Origin: Pseudomonadota bacterium
Lineage (GTDB): Bacteria > Pseudomonadota > Gammaproteobacteria > JAKBBU01
NCBI GenBank assembly: GCA_021808365.1
Contig: JAKBBU010000003.1
Location: forward strand, 4,685-68,684
Length of the DNA stretch: 64,000 nt
Reading direction: 5' to 3'
Each line of letters opens with the position of its first letter. The stretch's first letter is position 1. Made by a program: the position numbers and the translations under genes. The notes under the pieces are model-generated. The model ran no database searches, had not been told where the DNA came from, and worked only from the letters and a program-made list of their open reading frames with translations. This document shows, piece after piece, positions 1-10,614 of the stretch.

Positions 1-1
1 G

Positions 2-3000
2 GCAACGGTTGCTCAATATCAAAATGTTTTGCGTGCAGTGACCTATCAAGATACTTCATCGACGCCTACTGTGGATACACGCACGATGACGTATACCGTC
101 AACGATGGTCCTTTAACCGCGAGTACAACAGGTTCTGTAAATGTTGGAAATCCACCGGTTGTGACTCTGGTGACGGCTAATCTTTCTTATGCCGCGGTCC
201 AAGGTGCTGTGGCTGAAAGCCCATCGGTCACTATCACCGATCCCGCAACGTCAACATTAACCGGTGCGACCGTGCAAATCACGACAAATTATGCAGGTTC
301 GCAAGATGTGTTAGCCGTTCCAAATAGTGTATTAACGGCGAATGGATTAACACCGAGTGATGTCACGATTAATGGTGGATTATTAACAATTACCGGTAAT
401 GCTACGGTTGCTCAATATCAAAATGTTTTGCGTGCCGTGACTTTTAGTGATGGTAGTGCACACCCTTCAACAACAACCCAAACCATTGTGTATAGCGTCA
501 CAGATTCTCTGAACCAATCGGCTAGCGATTCAGGAGGGATTGTGGTTCAGCAACCAGGCATTTCATTTTCGGGAAATGTTATGGGTGGCGGTGGTTATAC
601 GCAAACGAACTCACCCTATTCTGTCGGTGTTCAGAGCATAGGCATCGTTGATACTTATACTTCAACGCTTCAAACCATTACTTTTTCAATTTCGTCAGGG
701 TTTACGGTTGGAGATGTTTTATCTATTCCTTCTACAGACTTACCCTTGGGAACTACAGAAAGTTATAATGCGGCTACGGGCGTGTTAACCCTTACAGGCC
801 CTACGCCGGACAGCAGTTATTTTTACAACGGTCCGAGTAATGTCTTAGGCGATCTTCAATTTAGCACAGGTATAGAATCGGACACCACGACTTCTCGCAA
901 CATTAGTTTGCAAGCCTCGGACGGTACCTTTACAAGCACCAATCTTCTCTTTTGGTCAAATCTTGCAGTTTTTCCTATCAGTGATCAGCCCACATTAGCC
1001 AACTCAGATACCCTTAATTATAACGGAAATGATTTCATCAACAACCAAGCTGTTCCAGTGACACCTGGATTGACGTTGGCAGAAAATTATAGCAGTACGG
1101 TTAATATGACGAGTGCGACGGTGACTATAAATGGTTATCAAAGTGGTCAAGATGTGTTGAGTGTTTCTTCTAGCTTGCTTACAAACAATGGTGGGCTTAC
1201 GGCAAGTTTTAATACGTCAACGGGCGTCCTCACGATTTCAGGCTCTGCGACTGCTGCGCAATATCAGAATGTGTTAGAGGGTGTCTCTTATACAAATACA
1301 GATTCAGCCAATACAGCAAACACGACGACGCGGAGTGTGAGTTACGTGGTGACGGCTTCAGGTGCACATACACCAACAAGTAACACCCTGACCAGTACGT
1401 TAGAATTTATAGGGCCTGTTTTGAGTGGATTAAATACCACAACCGGCTATACCGTGCCGGCTGGGCTTTCTACAGTAGTTGCGGGAACAGGGGCAGTGAC
1501 TGAGCTTAATACGACGGGTTCTTTTTTTAATATAGGCGGTAATATTACAGTTGCCTATGGTTCAGGTGCAACGCAATATGATCAATTAACGATTACTGCG
1601 GGAGGTCAAGTGACTGTCTCTGGCAGTACGGTGTCTGTTAATAATCAGGCTGTAGGTACGATTTCAGGGGGCAGTAATGGGACACCTTTAGTTTTCACGA
1701 TTACTCAATCCATCACTCCAACCTTTGAAGTACAAGATATTTTAGATCGGGTTTCGTATTCCAATAACGCACCTGTCACACCGAATGCGCAACGAGTGTT
1801 AGATGTTACGTTGAATGACGGCAGTGGTAATACAAGCAATATGGAAACCGTCACCGTCAATACAAAATATAATTATTACGTGCAGATCAACGGATTATCT
1901 GATCCTGTGGGAACTGCTAATACCATGGGCACTTCAACAGGTGGAAATTTCAATATGAATGGCAACGGTTTTGGGGATCTTGTGATCGGGGCACCTACGT
2001 CAACAACCACATCAGGGGGAACCCATACAAATGCAGGTGCAATTTTCGTGTATCTGGGTTCAGCGACAGAAGGGACACCCACAACTGCAATTTCATTACC
2101 GAGCACGAACCAAGGTGTTGAATTTTACCTACCCACCACAGGGGCTTTACTAGGCACCTCTGTTGCAGGAGTGTCTAACTTCGATAACAGTGGTTATGGT
2201 TCTATTCTAGCCAGTGCTCCTGGTATTAACACGACCTATTTGATCTATGGTAATTTCTCAACGGGTAATCCAAGCACACCTTACAATTTAAGTACTTATG
2301 CAGCCGACACGAAGATCACCGATAGTATTAGCACGAATTTAGGTATTGCTGTGGGTAGCGTTGATAATTTTAATGGCAATGGGCTCAGCGATCTTCTTAT
2401 TTCAGATAATACCAATACGTATGTCATCTTTGGTACTGGTGCTACGTTGGGAGCCACGTTTGCGGTTTCTTCATTAAATGGCGCGAATGGTTTTGAAGTA
2501 TTGAATGCGACCAATGGAGCAGCGGGTTCTATGCAATTAAATTCTGTCGGTGATTTCGTAGGAAATGGGTTCAGTGACTTTATTATCGGTAGTCCAGGTG
2601 CCGTGACGGATGGGCGTGCCACAGTGATCTTTGGTAGTTCCAGTGCTTTTGCTGCTACGATTGATGCAAATACATTAACGGGTAGCAATGGGTTTACCTT
2701 CAATGGTACAGCAGCTGTCAATGATGTGGGTAGTTCTGTTACAGGGATTGGTGATTTCACAGGGGCAGGGCATAATGATATTGCGATTGCTTCAGGCACA
2801 AATGGACTGGCCTATGTCATCACGGGCCAAACAACGATTCAAGGTAGTTATTCACCCACGGATATCGGTGGTGCATTGCAAGGTTTCACCATTCAAGCGC
2901 CTGCAGGGGATACGATTTTCTCAGTGGCTAGTGCCGGTGATTTCACCGGTGATGGGTATAGTGATTTATTAGTGGGCGTGCAAAATGGTACGACACTGAC

Positions 3001-3775
3001 TGCCTATTTAATTTATGGGACCAATACGATTGCCAATGGTTCAACACTTTCATTAAGTTCATTTAATAGCTCTGAAGGATTAATGTTTACAACAGTTGCG
3101 AACAATGCGAGCAGTATACCCGGCAATGCGATATTACAAGGCGTAGGTGATGTGACAGGAAATGGATTTAGTGACTTTGTATTCGGTGTTCCGAATCCAT
3201 CGACAGGTAGCTCGGGTGTTCAGTTATTTTATGGTTATAACCCTAATTTAACGCTTCAAGGTACTAGTGGTACACTGACAGGAACAAATAATGTCAATAA
3301 TGTGATTGAGCTGACGGGTAATGGCACCATTATTGGCGGCGGTGGAACAGCAACGAATACTTTGATTGCTGGTCATGGTAACGCTACGATCACAGCGGGC
3401 CCGAATAATGATACTATCATCGCAGGTAATGGGACGGATATTATTAATTTGGGTGCTGGTAATGATAAGGCATGGGTAGATGGAAATGCAACATTCAACT
3501 ATGCTTTAGGCGATGGCAATGATCAAATTCATGGTGCGACTGGGCAAGGGTGGACAGATGTGATTAACCTCAGTGGCGTAGCAAGTTCCCCTTCAGCAAC
3601 TCTCGGAGGCGTAGGTAGTTGGGTATTAACGGTTGAGGGGCATGTCGTTAATAATTTGCCCGCTACCGCAACCAGTGATACCCTTTCGGGGCCCTTGTCG
3701 GGTACTGTGACCCTTCATTCAACATCAGGCGTTGAAACGATCCAATTTGACCATATCGAAAAATTGCAATGGTAA
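2..3775 (+). CDS. Giant repetitive surface adhesin, 5'-truncated by the window edge: cadherin/VCBS-like tandem repeats, at least five FG-GAP-like repeats, C-terminal RTX-type Ca-binding nonapeptides (probable T1SS substrate)
   Basis: ORF runs open from the window start. Repeated motif ..ATVAQYQNVLRAVT.. and FG-GAP-like GDFxGNGxSDxxIG units are present. The C-terminus carries GGxGxDxxx repeats (GNGTDIINLGAGNDKAWVDGNA..). Confidence 0.7.
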   Translation, partial: ATVAQYQNVLRAVTYQDTSSTPTVDTRTMTYTVNDGPLTASTTGSVNVGNPPVVTLVTANLSYAAVQGAVAESPSVTITDPATSTLTGATVQITTNYAGSQDVLAVPNSVLTANGLTPSDVTINGGLLTITGNATVAQYQNVLRAVTFSDGSAHPSTTTQTIVYSVTDSLNQSASDSGGIVVQQPGISFSGNVMGGGGYTQTNSPYSVGVQSIGIVDTYTSTLQTITFSISSGFTVGDVLSIPSTDLPLGTTESYNAATGVLTLTGPTPDSSYFYNGPSNVLGDLQFSTGIESDTTTSRNISLQASDGTFTSTNLLFWSNLAVFPISDQPTLANSDTLNYNGNDFINNQAVPVTPGLTLAENYSSTVNMTSATVTINGYQSGQDVLSVSSSLLTNNGGLTASFNTSTGVLTISGSATAAQYQNVLEGVSYTNTDSANTANTTTRSVSYVVTASGAHTPTSNTLTSTLEFIGPVLSGLNTTTGYTVPAGLSTVVAGTGAVTELNTTGSFFNIGGNITVAYGSGATQYDQLTITAGGQVTVSGSTVSVNNQAVGTISGGSNGTPLVFTITQSITPTFEVQDILDRVSYSNNAPVTPNAQRVLDVTLNDGSGNTSNMETVTVNTKYNYYVQINGLSDPVGTANTMGTSTGGNFNMNGNGFGDLVIGAPTSTTTSGGTHTNAGAIFVYLGSATEGTPTTAISLPSTNQGVEFYLPTTGALLGTSVAGVSNFDNSGYGSILASAPGINTTYLIYGNFSTGNPSTPYNLSTYAADTKITDSISTNLGIAVGSVDNFNGNGLSDLLISDNTNTYVIFGTGATLGATFAVSSLNGANGFEVLNATNGAAGSMQLNSVGDFVGNGFSDFIIGSPGAVTDGRATVIFGSSSAFAATIDANTLTGSNGFTFNGTAAVNDVGSSVTGIGDFTGAGHNDIAIASGTNGLAYVITGQTTIQGSYSPTDIGGALQGFTIQAPAGDTIFSVASAGDFTGDGYSDLLVGVQNGTTLTAYLIYGTNTIANGSTLSLSSFNSSEGLMFTTVANNASSIPGNAILQGVGDVTGNGFSDFVFGVPNPSTGSSGVQLFYGYNPNLTLQGTSGTLTGTNNVNNVIELTGNGTIIGGGGTATNTLIAGHGNATITAGPNNDTIIAGNGTDIINLGAGNDKAWVDGNATFNYALGDGNDQIHGATGQGWTDVINLSGVASSPSATLGGVGSWVLTVEGHVVNNLPATATSDTLSGPLSGTVTLHSTSGVETIQFDHIEKLQW

Positions 3776-3790
3776 GCTAATGGAACAAGC

Positions 3791-5302
3791 ATGAGCGAGT
3801 TCGTGAACAATACAAAAAAATGGTGGGTTCTCGTTGGTGTAAGCATTGCGAGTTTTCTCGGGTGTATTGATTTTACCATCGTCAATACAGCATTGCCCGC
3901 CATTCAATTGGGCTTGCACGCAACCGTCACGCAATTACAATGGATCATCAATGTCTTTATCTTAGCCTTATCAACGTTCATGGTAATCATGGGGCGTTTG
4001 GCTGATCTCTATGGTCGGCGTCTTGTGCTCTACATCGGCATGATCGTTTTTTGTCTTTCTTCATTAGGTGCCGGATTATCCAATACAATGCACCTTTTAA
4101 TCCTCTTTCGTTTTATACAAGGGATTTCTTGCGCTATTTTATACACCGCTTCGGGCTCGATCGTTTTTCATGCTTTTCCATCGGAAGAACGAAATCAAGC
4201 GATGGGATTTTTCTTTGGGGCGAGTACGCTCGGCCTAGCAATGGGCCCTGTTGTGGGAGGGCTACTTGTTGGAGCCTTGAGTTGGCGCTGGGTTTTTTTT
4301 GTGAATGTTCCGACCATTATTCTTGGATTTATGATTTGTCTGGCCAGTGTTCAAGAGTCATATAATCGAGCGCATGGATCCAAAATTGATTGGTTTGGCA
4401 TGATTTTTCTAATGCTTGGTTTAACGGGATTAATTTTAGCAATAACACAAGGTGGACAATGGGGATGGCAGTCATGGAAGACAAACAGTTTATTTTTGAC
4501 GGCATTTTTAGCGTTCAGTTCGTTCTATTTCATTGAAAACCGAGTGGAATCGCCCATTATTCAATTTCACTTATTTACGAATCGTATTTTCATTTCAAGT
4601 GCGATCGCGACATTTTCATTAGCATTTTTTTATTGTTTGGCCTTTTTCTTGTTGCCGCTTTATCTTCAAAATATGCGCAATGAAACGGAATATATCGTTG
4701 GGTTTATGCTGCTGCCTGCAACAGCCATGGTTGCACTCTGTTCACCGGTAGCAGGTAAATTGGCCGATCGTGTTGGTGTTAAAATACCGCTTTTATTAGG
4801 GTTTTCTTTCTTAGTGATATCCGCTTTATTGCAAACGCAATTGGCGCCGAGCAGTTCTTTATCATATGTTATGATATCGTTTATTCTTTTTGGGATGGGT
4901 TGGGCTTGCATTTTAGGGCCATCAACCGTCGCTGCACTTTCTTCTGTTCCAGAAGACATCAGTTCAGTGGCTATAGGATCGTCATGGACGATGCATAATG
5001 TGGGAGGAGCGGTCGGTCTTGCTATTGGCGTAGTTGTTTATCATGCAGGTGCACAAGCGGCATTATTAGGTGATTTGGCGGCTCGTCAAGTTACACCAGG
5101 TGCTTGGGCGGGTGATATATTGAGTGATCCCAGCAAGGCTGTGAATCTACTTGGCCAATATTCTAATTTAGGGAGTTCAGAAATAACCTCCATTTTTCAA
5201 AGCTTTTTTATGTCGGGATTTCATTGTGCGATGTGGTTACTTGTTGGTGTTTCATTAGCGGCGCTTGCAGGAATTGCGTGGGGACTTCGAAAAACACCTT
5301 AA
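3791..5302 (+). CDS. MFS drug-efflux transporter, DHA2 (EmrB/QacA-like, about 14 TMS)
   Basis: Hydrophobic 503-aa protein with an MFS signature around GRLADLYGRR. Confidence 0.8.
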   Translation: MSEFVNNTKKWWVLVGVSIASFLGCIDFTIVNTALPAIQLGLHATVTQLQWIINVFILALSTFMVIMGRLADLYGRRLVLYIGMIVFCLSSLGAGLSNTMHLLILFRFIQGISCAILYTASGSIVFHAFPSEERNQAMGFFFGASTLGLAMGPVVGGLLVGALSWRWVFFVNVPTIILGFMICLASVQESYNRAHGSKIDWFGMIFLMLGLTGLILAITQGGQWGWQSWKTNSLFLTAFLAFSSFYFIENRVESPIIQFHLFTNRIFISSAIATFSLAFFYCLAFFLLPLYLQNMRNETEYIVGFMLLPATAMVALCSPVAGKLADRVGVKIPLLLGFSFLVISALLQTQLAPSSSLSYVMISFILFGMGWACILGPSTVAALSSVPEDISSVAIGSSWTMHNVGGAVGLAIGVVVYHAGAQAALLGDLAARQVTPGAWAGDILSDPSKAVNLLGQYSNLGSSEITSIFQSFFMSGFHCAMWLLVGVSLAALAGIAWGLRKTP

Positions 5303-6084
5303 AAATTATTTTTCCATTCCCGCATCGCTGCAAAAACATCAATTTCATTCGTCAATTTTTTCCCAACCTTCATTTCAACAGCATGAATTACCGTTTCTTC
5401 ACGACAACGCAAGAAAGGATTAGTTAAAAGTTCCTCGCGCAATGTTACAGGTAGGGTAGGTTCGTGGCGTTCCATTTTTTTCTGTACTTCCTCAAATCGA
5501 TCTAAAGTAGGTTGATGATCAGGATCAACGGCCAAGGCAAAGCGTAAATTAGCCAAGGTATATTCATGCCCGCAATACATTAACGTTTCAGGTGATAAAG
5601 TGGCTAATTGTTGCAAACTGGCATACATTTGCGTGGGTGTTCCCTCAAAAATTCGCCCACATCCTGCGCCAAATAAAGTATCTCCACAAAATAAACGCAT
5701 CCCATCATAATAGGCAACGTGTTCTAAAGTATGTCCTGGAATAGCCAAGACATGACACTCTAAGCCAAACTCAGGGAATAAAATGACTTGACCTCCAATG
5801 ACGGTATCGGTGACATGAGCAGTTACAGCGCCCACAGGTGCATAGACGCGAACATGATGAGATTTTAATTGAGCAATTCCGGCACAATGATCCCCATGTT
5901 TATGTGTGATTAAAATAGCAGAGAGCGTTAAGCCCTGATCATTTAAAAAATGCTCCACTGGCGTTGCTTCACCTGGATCAACAACGATCGCTAATTTTGC
6001 TATAGGGTTGACGATCGTCCAAATGTAATTATCCTTGAGTGCGCGCAATGGGTGAATGGTGAGCTGTAGATTCGTTTTATTCAT
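5299..6084 (-). CDS. gloB: Hydroxyacylglutathione hydrolase (glyoxalase II), metallo-beta-lactamase fold
   Basis: ITHKHGDHCAG metal-binding motif. Aligns by eye along the full length of E. coli GloB. Confidence 0.8.
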   Translation of the reverse strand: MNKTNLQLTIHPLRALKDNYIWTIVNPIAKLAIVVDPGEATPVEHFLNDQGLTLSAILITHKHGDHCAGIAQLKSHHVRVYAPVGAVTAHVTDTVIGGQVILFPEFGLECHVLAIPGHTLEHVAYYDGMRLFCGDTLFGAGCGRIFEGTPTQMYASLQQLATLSPETLMYCGHEYTLANLRFALAVDPDHQPTLDRFEEVQKKMERHEPTLPVTLREELLTNPFLRCREETVIHAVEMKVGKKLTNEIDVFAAMREWKNNF

Positions 6085-7451
6085 GATAAGAATTTCCTAT
6101 CTTTTTTTCTCATAGAAATGGCAAGGATGAGCCCAATAACACTGATGAAAAATAATAGCCACATGCCATGCTGATAACCTGTTACAAAATTACTTTCGGA
6201 GTTAACCACAACGACAGTAATGGCCAATCCAAGACCTCCACCTGTTTCTTGAATTGTGATGAAGGAGCCTGATGCAATACCGGCATCTTCAGGCGCAAGT
6301 GTACAGATAGCATCTGTGGTGGTGGGTCCCCAAGAAAGGCCCCAACCGATACCCAAAAGGAGGGCGCCTAATTCAATGACCAGCGTGGGTGTATGCGCAT
6401 TGAAATTGATTTGAATCAGAGTTGATGCAATAAAAAATAGAAAGCCCAAGATGATCAGAGGTCGTCCTCCATGCTGATTGTATAATTTACCTCCTATGAG
6501 TGAAAAGATAGACAATGGAATGGTGAAGAACAGCATGATTAAACCTGTTTGAAGAACAGAGTAATGACGTGCATTCTGTAAATACAAGGGCATTAAGAAG
6601 AAAATAGCCCATATGAAGAAAATGATACAAAAATTAGCGGCTGATGCAGTTAAAAATAAACGATTTTTAAAAAGATCTGATCGAATAATTGGATGTTTAG
6701 CTTTTCGTTCAACAGCCCATAATGCGAAGAAGCTCGCAAGGCTAGTGGCATAAATACTTGCCACGATGCCATATGGCCATGATGACGTTTGTGTGATACC
6801 TAATACAAAAAAACCAACAGTTAAAGCGAGAAAAAAGCTGCCCAGCCAATCGATGGATTCCGTATCGTTTGCTTTCCGTGATTCTGATACATAGAGCACT
6901 GTAAAAATGGCGCTAAAAATAGAAACTGGAATATTGATTAAAAAAACCCAACGCCAACTGAGTGCTGTAATTACAAAACCACTTAATAAAGGGCCTATTG
7001 CCAAGGCAACACCCGAAATGCCCGCCCATAAACCAATCGCTTTCCCGCGATCTTCCTTGGGTACTGCATTACAAAGTAAAACTTGTGAAACGGGTAATAT
7101 GATTGCGGCTGAAAGCCCAAATAATATTTGACCGATGAAAATCCAAATTATATTTGAAGCGAATCCTGAGCATAACATTGAAACCATCATGCCGAAAATG
7201 CCTAGCAAGTAAAGACGCTTTCTTCCATACATATCTGCAATGCGGCCAGCAATTACAAGAGAACTACAAATACTGATGCCAAAGATATTCATGATCCATT
7301 GCAATTCGGTAATCGATGCTCCAAGATCATGGCCAATGGAGGCAAGCGCCGTGCTAATAGTCGAATAGGCAATGCCACCTATTGATAAACCTAAGCTTAC
7401 CCCGATCAGGGCTAGAATGCGCTTAGTTTTGGGGTTGTTCATTCTGAGCAT
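6081..7451 (-). CDS. MFS transporter (DHA2-like). The track ORF extends to 7571; the likely true start is MLRMNNPK at 7451.
   Basis: Multi-TMS hydrophobic protein. The upstream 40 codons overlap a REP-like repeat and are Cys-rich. Confidence 0.7.
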   Translation of the reverse strand: MLRMNNPKTKRILALIGVSLGLSIGGIAYSTISTALASIGHDLGASITELQWIMNIFGISICSSLVIAGRIADMYGRKRLYLLGIFGMMVSMLCSGFASNIIWIFIGQILFGLSAAIILPVSQVLLCNAVPKEDRGKAIGLWAGISGVALAIGPLLSGFVITALSWRWVFLINIPVSIFSAIFTVLYVSESRKANDTESIDWLGSFFLALTVGFFVLGITQTSSWPYGIVASIYATSLASFFALWAVERKAKHPIIRSDLFKNRLFLTASAANFCIIFFIWAIFFLMPLYLQNARHYSVLQTGLIMLFFTIPLSIFSLIGGKLYNQHGGRPLIILGFLFFIASTLIQINFNAHTPTLVIELGALLLGIGWGLSWGPTTTDAICTLAPEDAGIASGSFITIQETGGGLGLAITVVVVNSESNFVTGYQHGMWLLFFISVIGLILAISMRKKDRKFLS

Positions 7452-7528
7452 GATTGAATGTCTGATTGAGATGAAAAAGCTGAGCTTATTATGATACCAG
7501 TTCAAAAGTTTGTCAATTTTGCAAAAAA

Positions 7529-7568
7529 TGTAGGTTGGATTAGCGCAATTGCGCGTAACCCAATAACA
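7529..7568. repeat. REP-like unit variant (GTAGGTTGGATTAGCGCAATTGCGCGTAACCCAAT) upstream of the MFS gene
   Basis: Same outer sequence with a GCGCAATTGCGC palindromic centre. Confidence 0.6.
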
Positions 7569-7974
7569 CAATTTTTTATGAATTCTAAAGAAAGTGAGTG
7601 ATCAAAGAAAATGAAGATACAAAACATTTACGATAACGCTGATTTTTCCATTCATAAAATTCGACCGCCCTTATTGGTGATATCCGCAATGAAGAGTTAA
7701 GGTTGAAAAAATCTTGTGATTGCTATAAGGGTTAGATAATTCCTTGATAGGTATCTGACAGCGCGAGGGTAGCATTTTTTAGAATGTCAGCATACTTCTC
7801 AACAAATTACATAACGCTTATATCAATGACGATATTTTTATTAGCACGCAGGCATATTTCTCCAAACAGCCTCACCAAACCTGCCGATCGGAATTTTTAT
7901 CATATTTTTGTTGCGATTATAAAAAAATAACGATAAAATTCATAGCCTCAGAAAATAACAAATGGGAGAATAAT

Positions 7975-9021
7975 ATGGAACTTAACGAAGAGCAAAAAGC
8001 ACAATTTAGAAAAATTAAAAATGACTCTTTTTATTTATTAGCTAATATTCTTGAACAATCCAATCGCCATAAAAATGAAAAAAATTTTCTGGATGATCTG
8101 ACAAAACAAGTGACGGTAATACGCGACTCGGCGATGGAGAAAATAAGTTTATTTAAAGAAAACATTATAAACGAAATTGAGTTGTATGAAGCTTTCGAAT
8201 ATTTTAGCAAAGGACTGTCTATTCTTAAAAAAATGCTAGACTCAGGTTTTGAAGCGGACGATATGGAGGTTGTCGTTCCTAACGATAGAATAAAATTGTC
8301 AGAATATCCTCCTGTTCACATTGTAAGAAAGTTGGATTTTGATAATATCCCTGATTTAGAACCTGTTGGGGATGGACTTCCATTTTTTCCGAGTGAAGAT
8401 GAAAATGAGTTCACTCTGGCTAAAAATCAATTGATTGCTAATTTAGCAATGATTTTAAATCAAATAGGTGATAAAAGTTTTGCTTTTCCATTGCTGAATA
8501 ATCTTTTAGAATCAATCATGAAAGTAGAGAATCCAGAAGATCTTGCAAAAATAGATATGCAAAAGATGGTTAGTGAGATGATTAATCAAAATATGTTTTT
8601 GCCTGATCCTGTTCAAGCTTACAAAAAGAACGCTATTAATGATTTGAAACAATTCTTAGAAGAGCGTCTTGAGCCCCATGATGTGAAGGAACTTTATGAT
8701 ACTTACTCCTCACAGATCAACGCCGCTACTACAGAGGATGAAATTAAGCAATGTGGGGAAAAAGTTAGCGCAGAAACGAGAAAAAGAATTTCGCTTCCAG
8801 CTTCACCGACTTACAAAGAACAAGTCATTAATGAGTTGAAAAAATTATCAGAACAGAACCTTGAGTCTGATGATGTGAATGAGCTTTATGAGGTTTACTC
8901 CATAAAGATCAGCATGGCCGAAACATTGGGTATGGTTAATAAATGCAGGGAAGAAGCTTGGAGCGATATTAATGAAAGAGTTGATTTAGCATCTGCGTTA
9001 GCAATGTCACTCCAATATTAG
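7975..9021 (+). CDS. Hypothetical acidic protein with an internal duplicated motif (..DV.ELY..YS..I..A.T..); candidate secreted or effector-like protein
   Basis: AT-rich ORF preceded by a very AT-rich 400-bp leader. No recognisable catalytic motif. Confidence 0.45.
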   Translation: MELNEEQKAQFRKIKNDSFYLLANILEQSNRHKNEKNFLDDLTKQVTVIRDSAMEKISLFKENIINEIELYEAFEYFSKGLSILKKMLDSGFEADDMEVVVPNDRIKLSEYPPVHIVRKLDFDNIPDLEPVGDGLPFFPSEDENEFTLAKNQLIANLAMILNQIGDKSFAFPLLNNLLESIMKVENPEDLAKIDMQKMVSEMINQNMFLPDPVQAYKKNAINDLKQFLEERLEPHDVKELYDTYSSQINAATTEDEIKQCGEKVSAETRKRISLPASPTYKEQVINELKKLSEQNLESDDVNELYEVYSIKISMAETLGMVNKCREEAWSDINERVDLASALAMSLQY

Positions 9022-9049
9022 CAAGAGCATAGTTTAGCAAGTTGAATGC

Positions 9050-9430
9050 TTAATTTGGTTCCCACGCGCCTTGATCCACATAAGCAACTTCATCTGCGCC
9101 AGGCCAAGGCGGCATCGTCACACAAATAAAAACGAGATCATCATGATCACTGCGATACTGAAAATCCGTGCCTAATGGAATATCAATAGTAACGCCTGCT
9201 TCAAGAGGCGTGATCGATTCATATTCGTCATCTCTGCGCCAAATTGCGCCCTTACCCGAAAGAACATGCCAAAATTCACTGACTGTTTTATGCCGAACAA
9301 CTTTCGATATTTTTTGATCTTCAAGCGTGCAATGCGCAATGCCGCCATGTTGATTATTCATTAATACTCTGACTTGCGCACCTGCAGGTGAAGTGTGTTG
9401 ATATTTCTTTGGAATAGAAACTGTTTTCAT
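9050..9430 (-). CDS. Cupin-domain protein
   Basis: Small beta-rich protein with the G(x)5HxH..E..G-like cupin pattern. Confidence 0.5.
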   Translation of the reverse strand: MKTVSIPKKYQHTSPAGAQVRVLMNNQHGGIAHCTLEDQKISKVVRHKTVSEFWHVLSGKGAIWRRDDEYESITPLEAGVTIDIPLGTDFQYRSDHDDLVFICVTMPPWPGADEVAYVDQGAWEPN

Positions 9431-9439
9431 ATTAATCCT

Positions 9440-9904
9440 TCAATGATGTCCGCCACAGCAACCTTCAGCAGAGTGTATGTGTTCATCACCTAAATAACTG
9501 CAGAACGTCCAACTATAGCCATCCAAATCTAATAAACAACATGCGCGATCACCCCAAAACATATCACTGGGTTCAAAGACAACTTGAGCACCTTGTGCAA
9601 CAGCATGTTTAAAAAACGCATCCACGTCATTGACATAAACACAGAGACAGATAGGGCTAGAAACACCCGTTGTTTGAGGAGAACACATGGGCATATCATG
9701 CTGTCCCTCTAAGCCGATCATAATGAGCGCATCATGATGACGCAGCTCGGCGTGCATCAACTGACCATCTTCACCTTCGACACACTCAGTTAATTTAAAG
9801 TCGAACGCTTTTTGATAAAAATCAATGCTACGTTGCACATTGGGAGACATCAAGTAAGGGTTTAACCAGGCTGCGCCCGGCGCTCTTGGATCATGTTTAG
9901 TCAT
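9440..9904 (-). CDS. VOC-family (glyoxalase/bleomycin-resistance fold) protein with a C-terminal CCGGHH tail
   Basis: Length and motif pattern fit the VOC fold. The Cys/His tail suggests metal binding. Confidence 0.5.
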   Translation of the reverse strand: MTKHDPRAPGAAWLNPYLMSPNVQRSIDFYQKAFDFKLTECVEGEDGQLMHAELRHHDALIMIGLEGQHDMPMCSPQTTGVSSPICLCVYVNDVDAFFKHAVAQGAQVVFEPSDMFWGDRACCLLDLDGYSWTFCSYLGDEHIHSAEGCCGGHH

Positions 9905-10217
9905 TATTTTTTCTCCGGTTCATTAAGAACAATGAAGGGGGTAGGTCGTGTTGGACCAATTATAAGTCTTTTCACCTGCGTGATGTCAATTATTTGCCGA
10001 GTGAAAAATTGTTTCAGAGGTATGATTTTGGCTTTTTTAAACATAATTTATGTGAAGCACCATGCCCAAGTGAGGGAATGATTGCTTAAAACTGGTCTAA
10101 CAGGGAGATCATTAAGATTAAACGTTTGATAGGGTCTTTGTGATAGGCCTACTAAAAAATCTTACTTATTGCGAAACCTTCTTTTGTTTTTTAATTGTTT
10201 GATTTTAAACGAAAAAA

Positions 10218-10293
<76 letters not shown>

Positions 10294-10614
10294 ATTTGGT
10301 TTGTTTTAAAGCAAGAGGCTTGAACGCCAACTTTAAAAAAAGACCGCGGATGCGCATTAAACCCACTCTGCAGCACGAAGTCAAGGTCTTTTCAGAGAGG
10401 ATACTATAAAGCGCAGTTTTAAAACCAACGGTCCAACGGTTTGGTGTAACTAAGATGTTTTAAAAAATATGATATCTCTTACATGGATAGTGTTCCGTTC
10501 CCCCGTAAAGTTATGGTAAGCTCACAAACTGAGTCCTATATGACGGTCTTTTTTGTCTTCTAATTTCTGGCAAGGGGCTTTTTAAGGTTTCGATTTTTCA
10601 GGGAGAGCGGGGCG

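Noticed and set aside
1876-2972. Several antisense and alternative-frame ORFs inside the adhesin gene (1876..2106, 2296..2799, 2688..2972)
   Set aside because: They are nested in a long, repeat-rich, clearly coding frame. Low-complexity translations of this kind are typical spurious ORFs.
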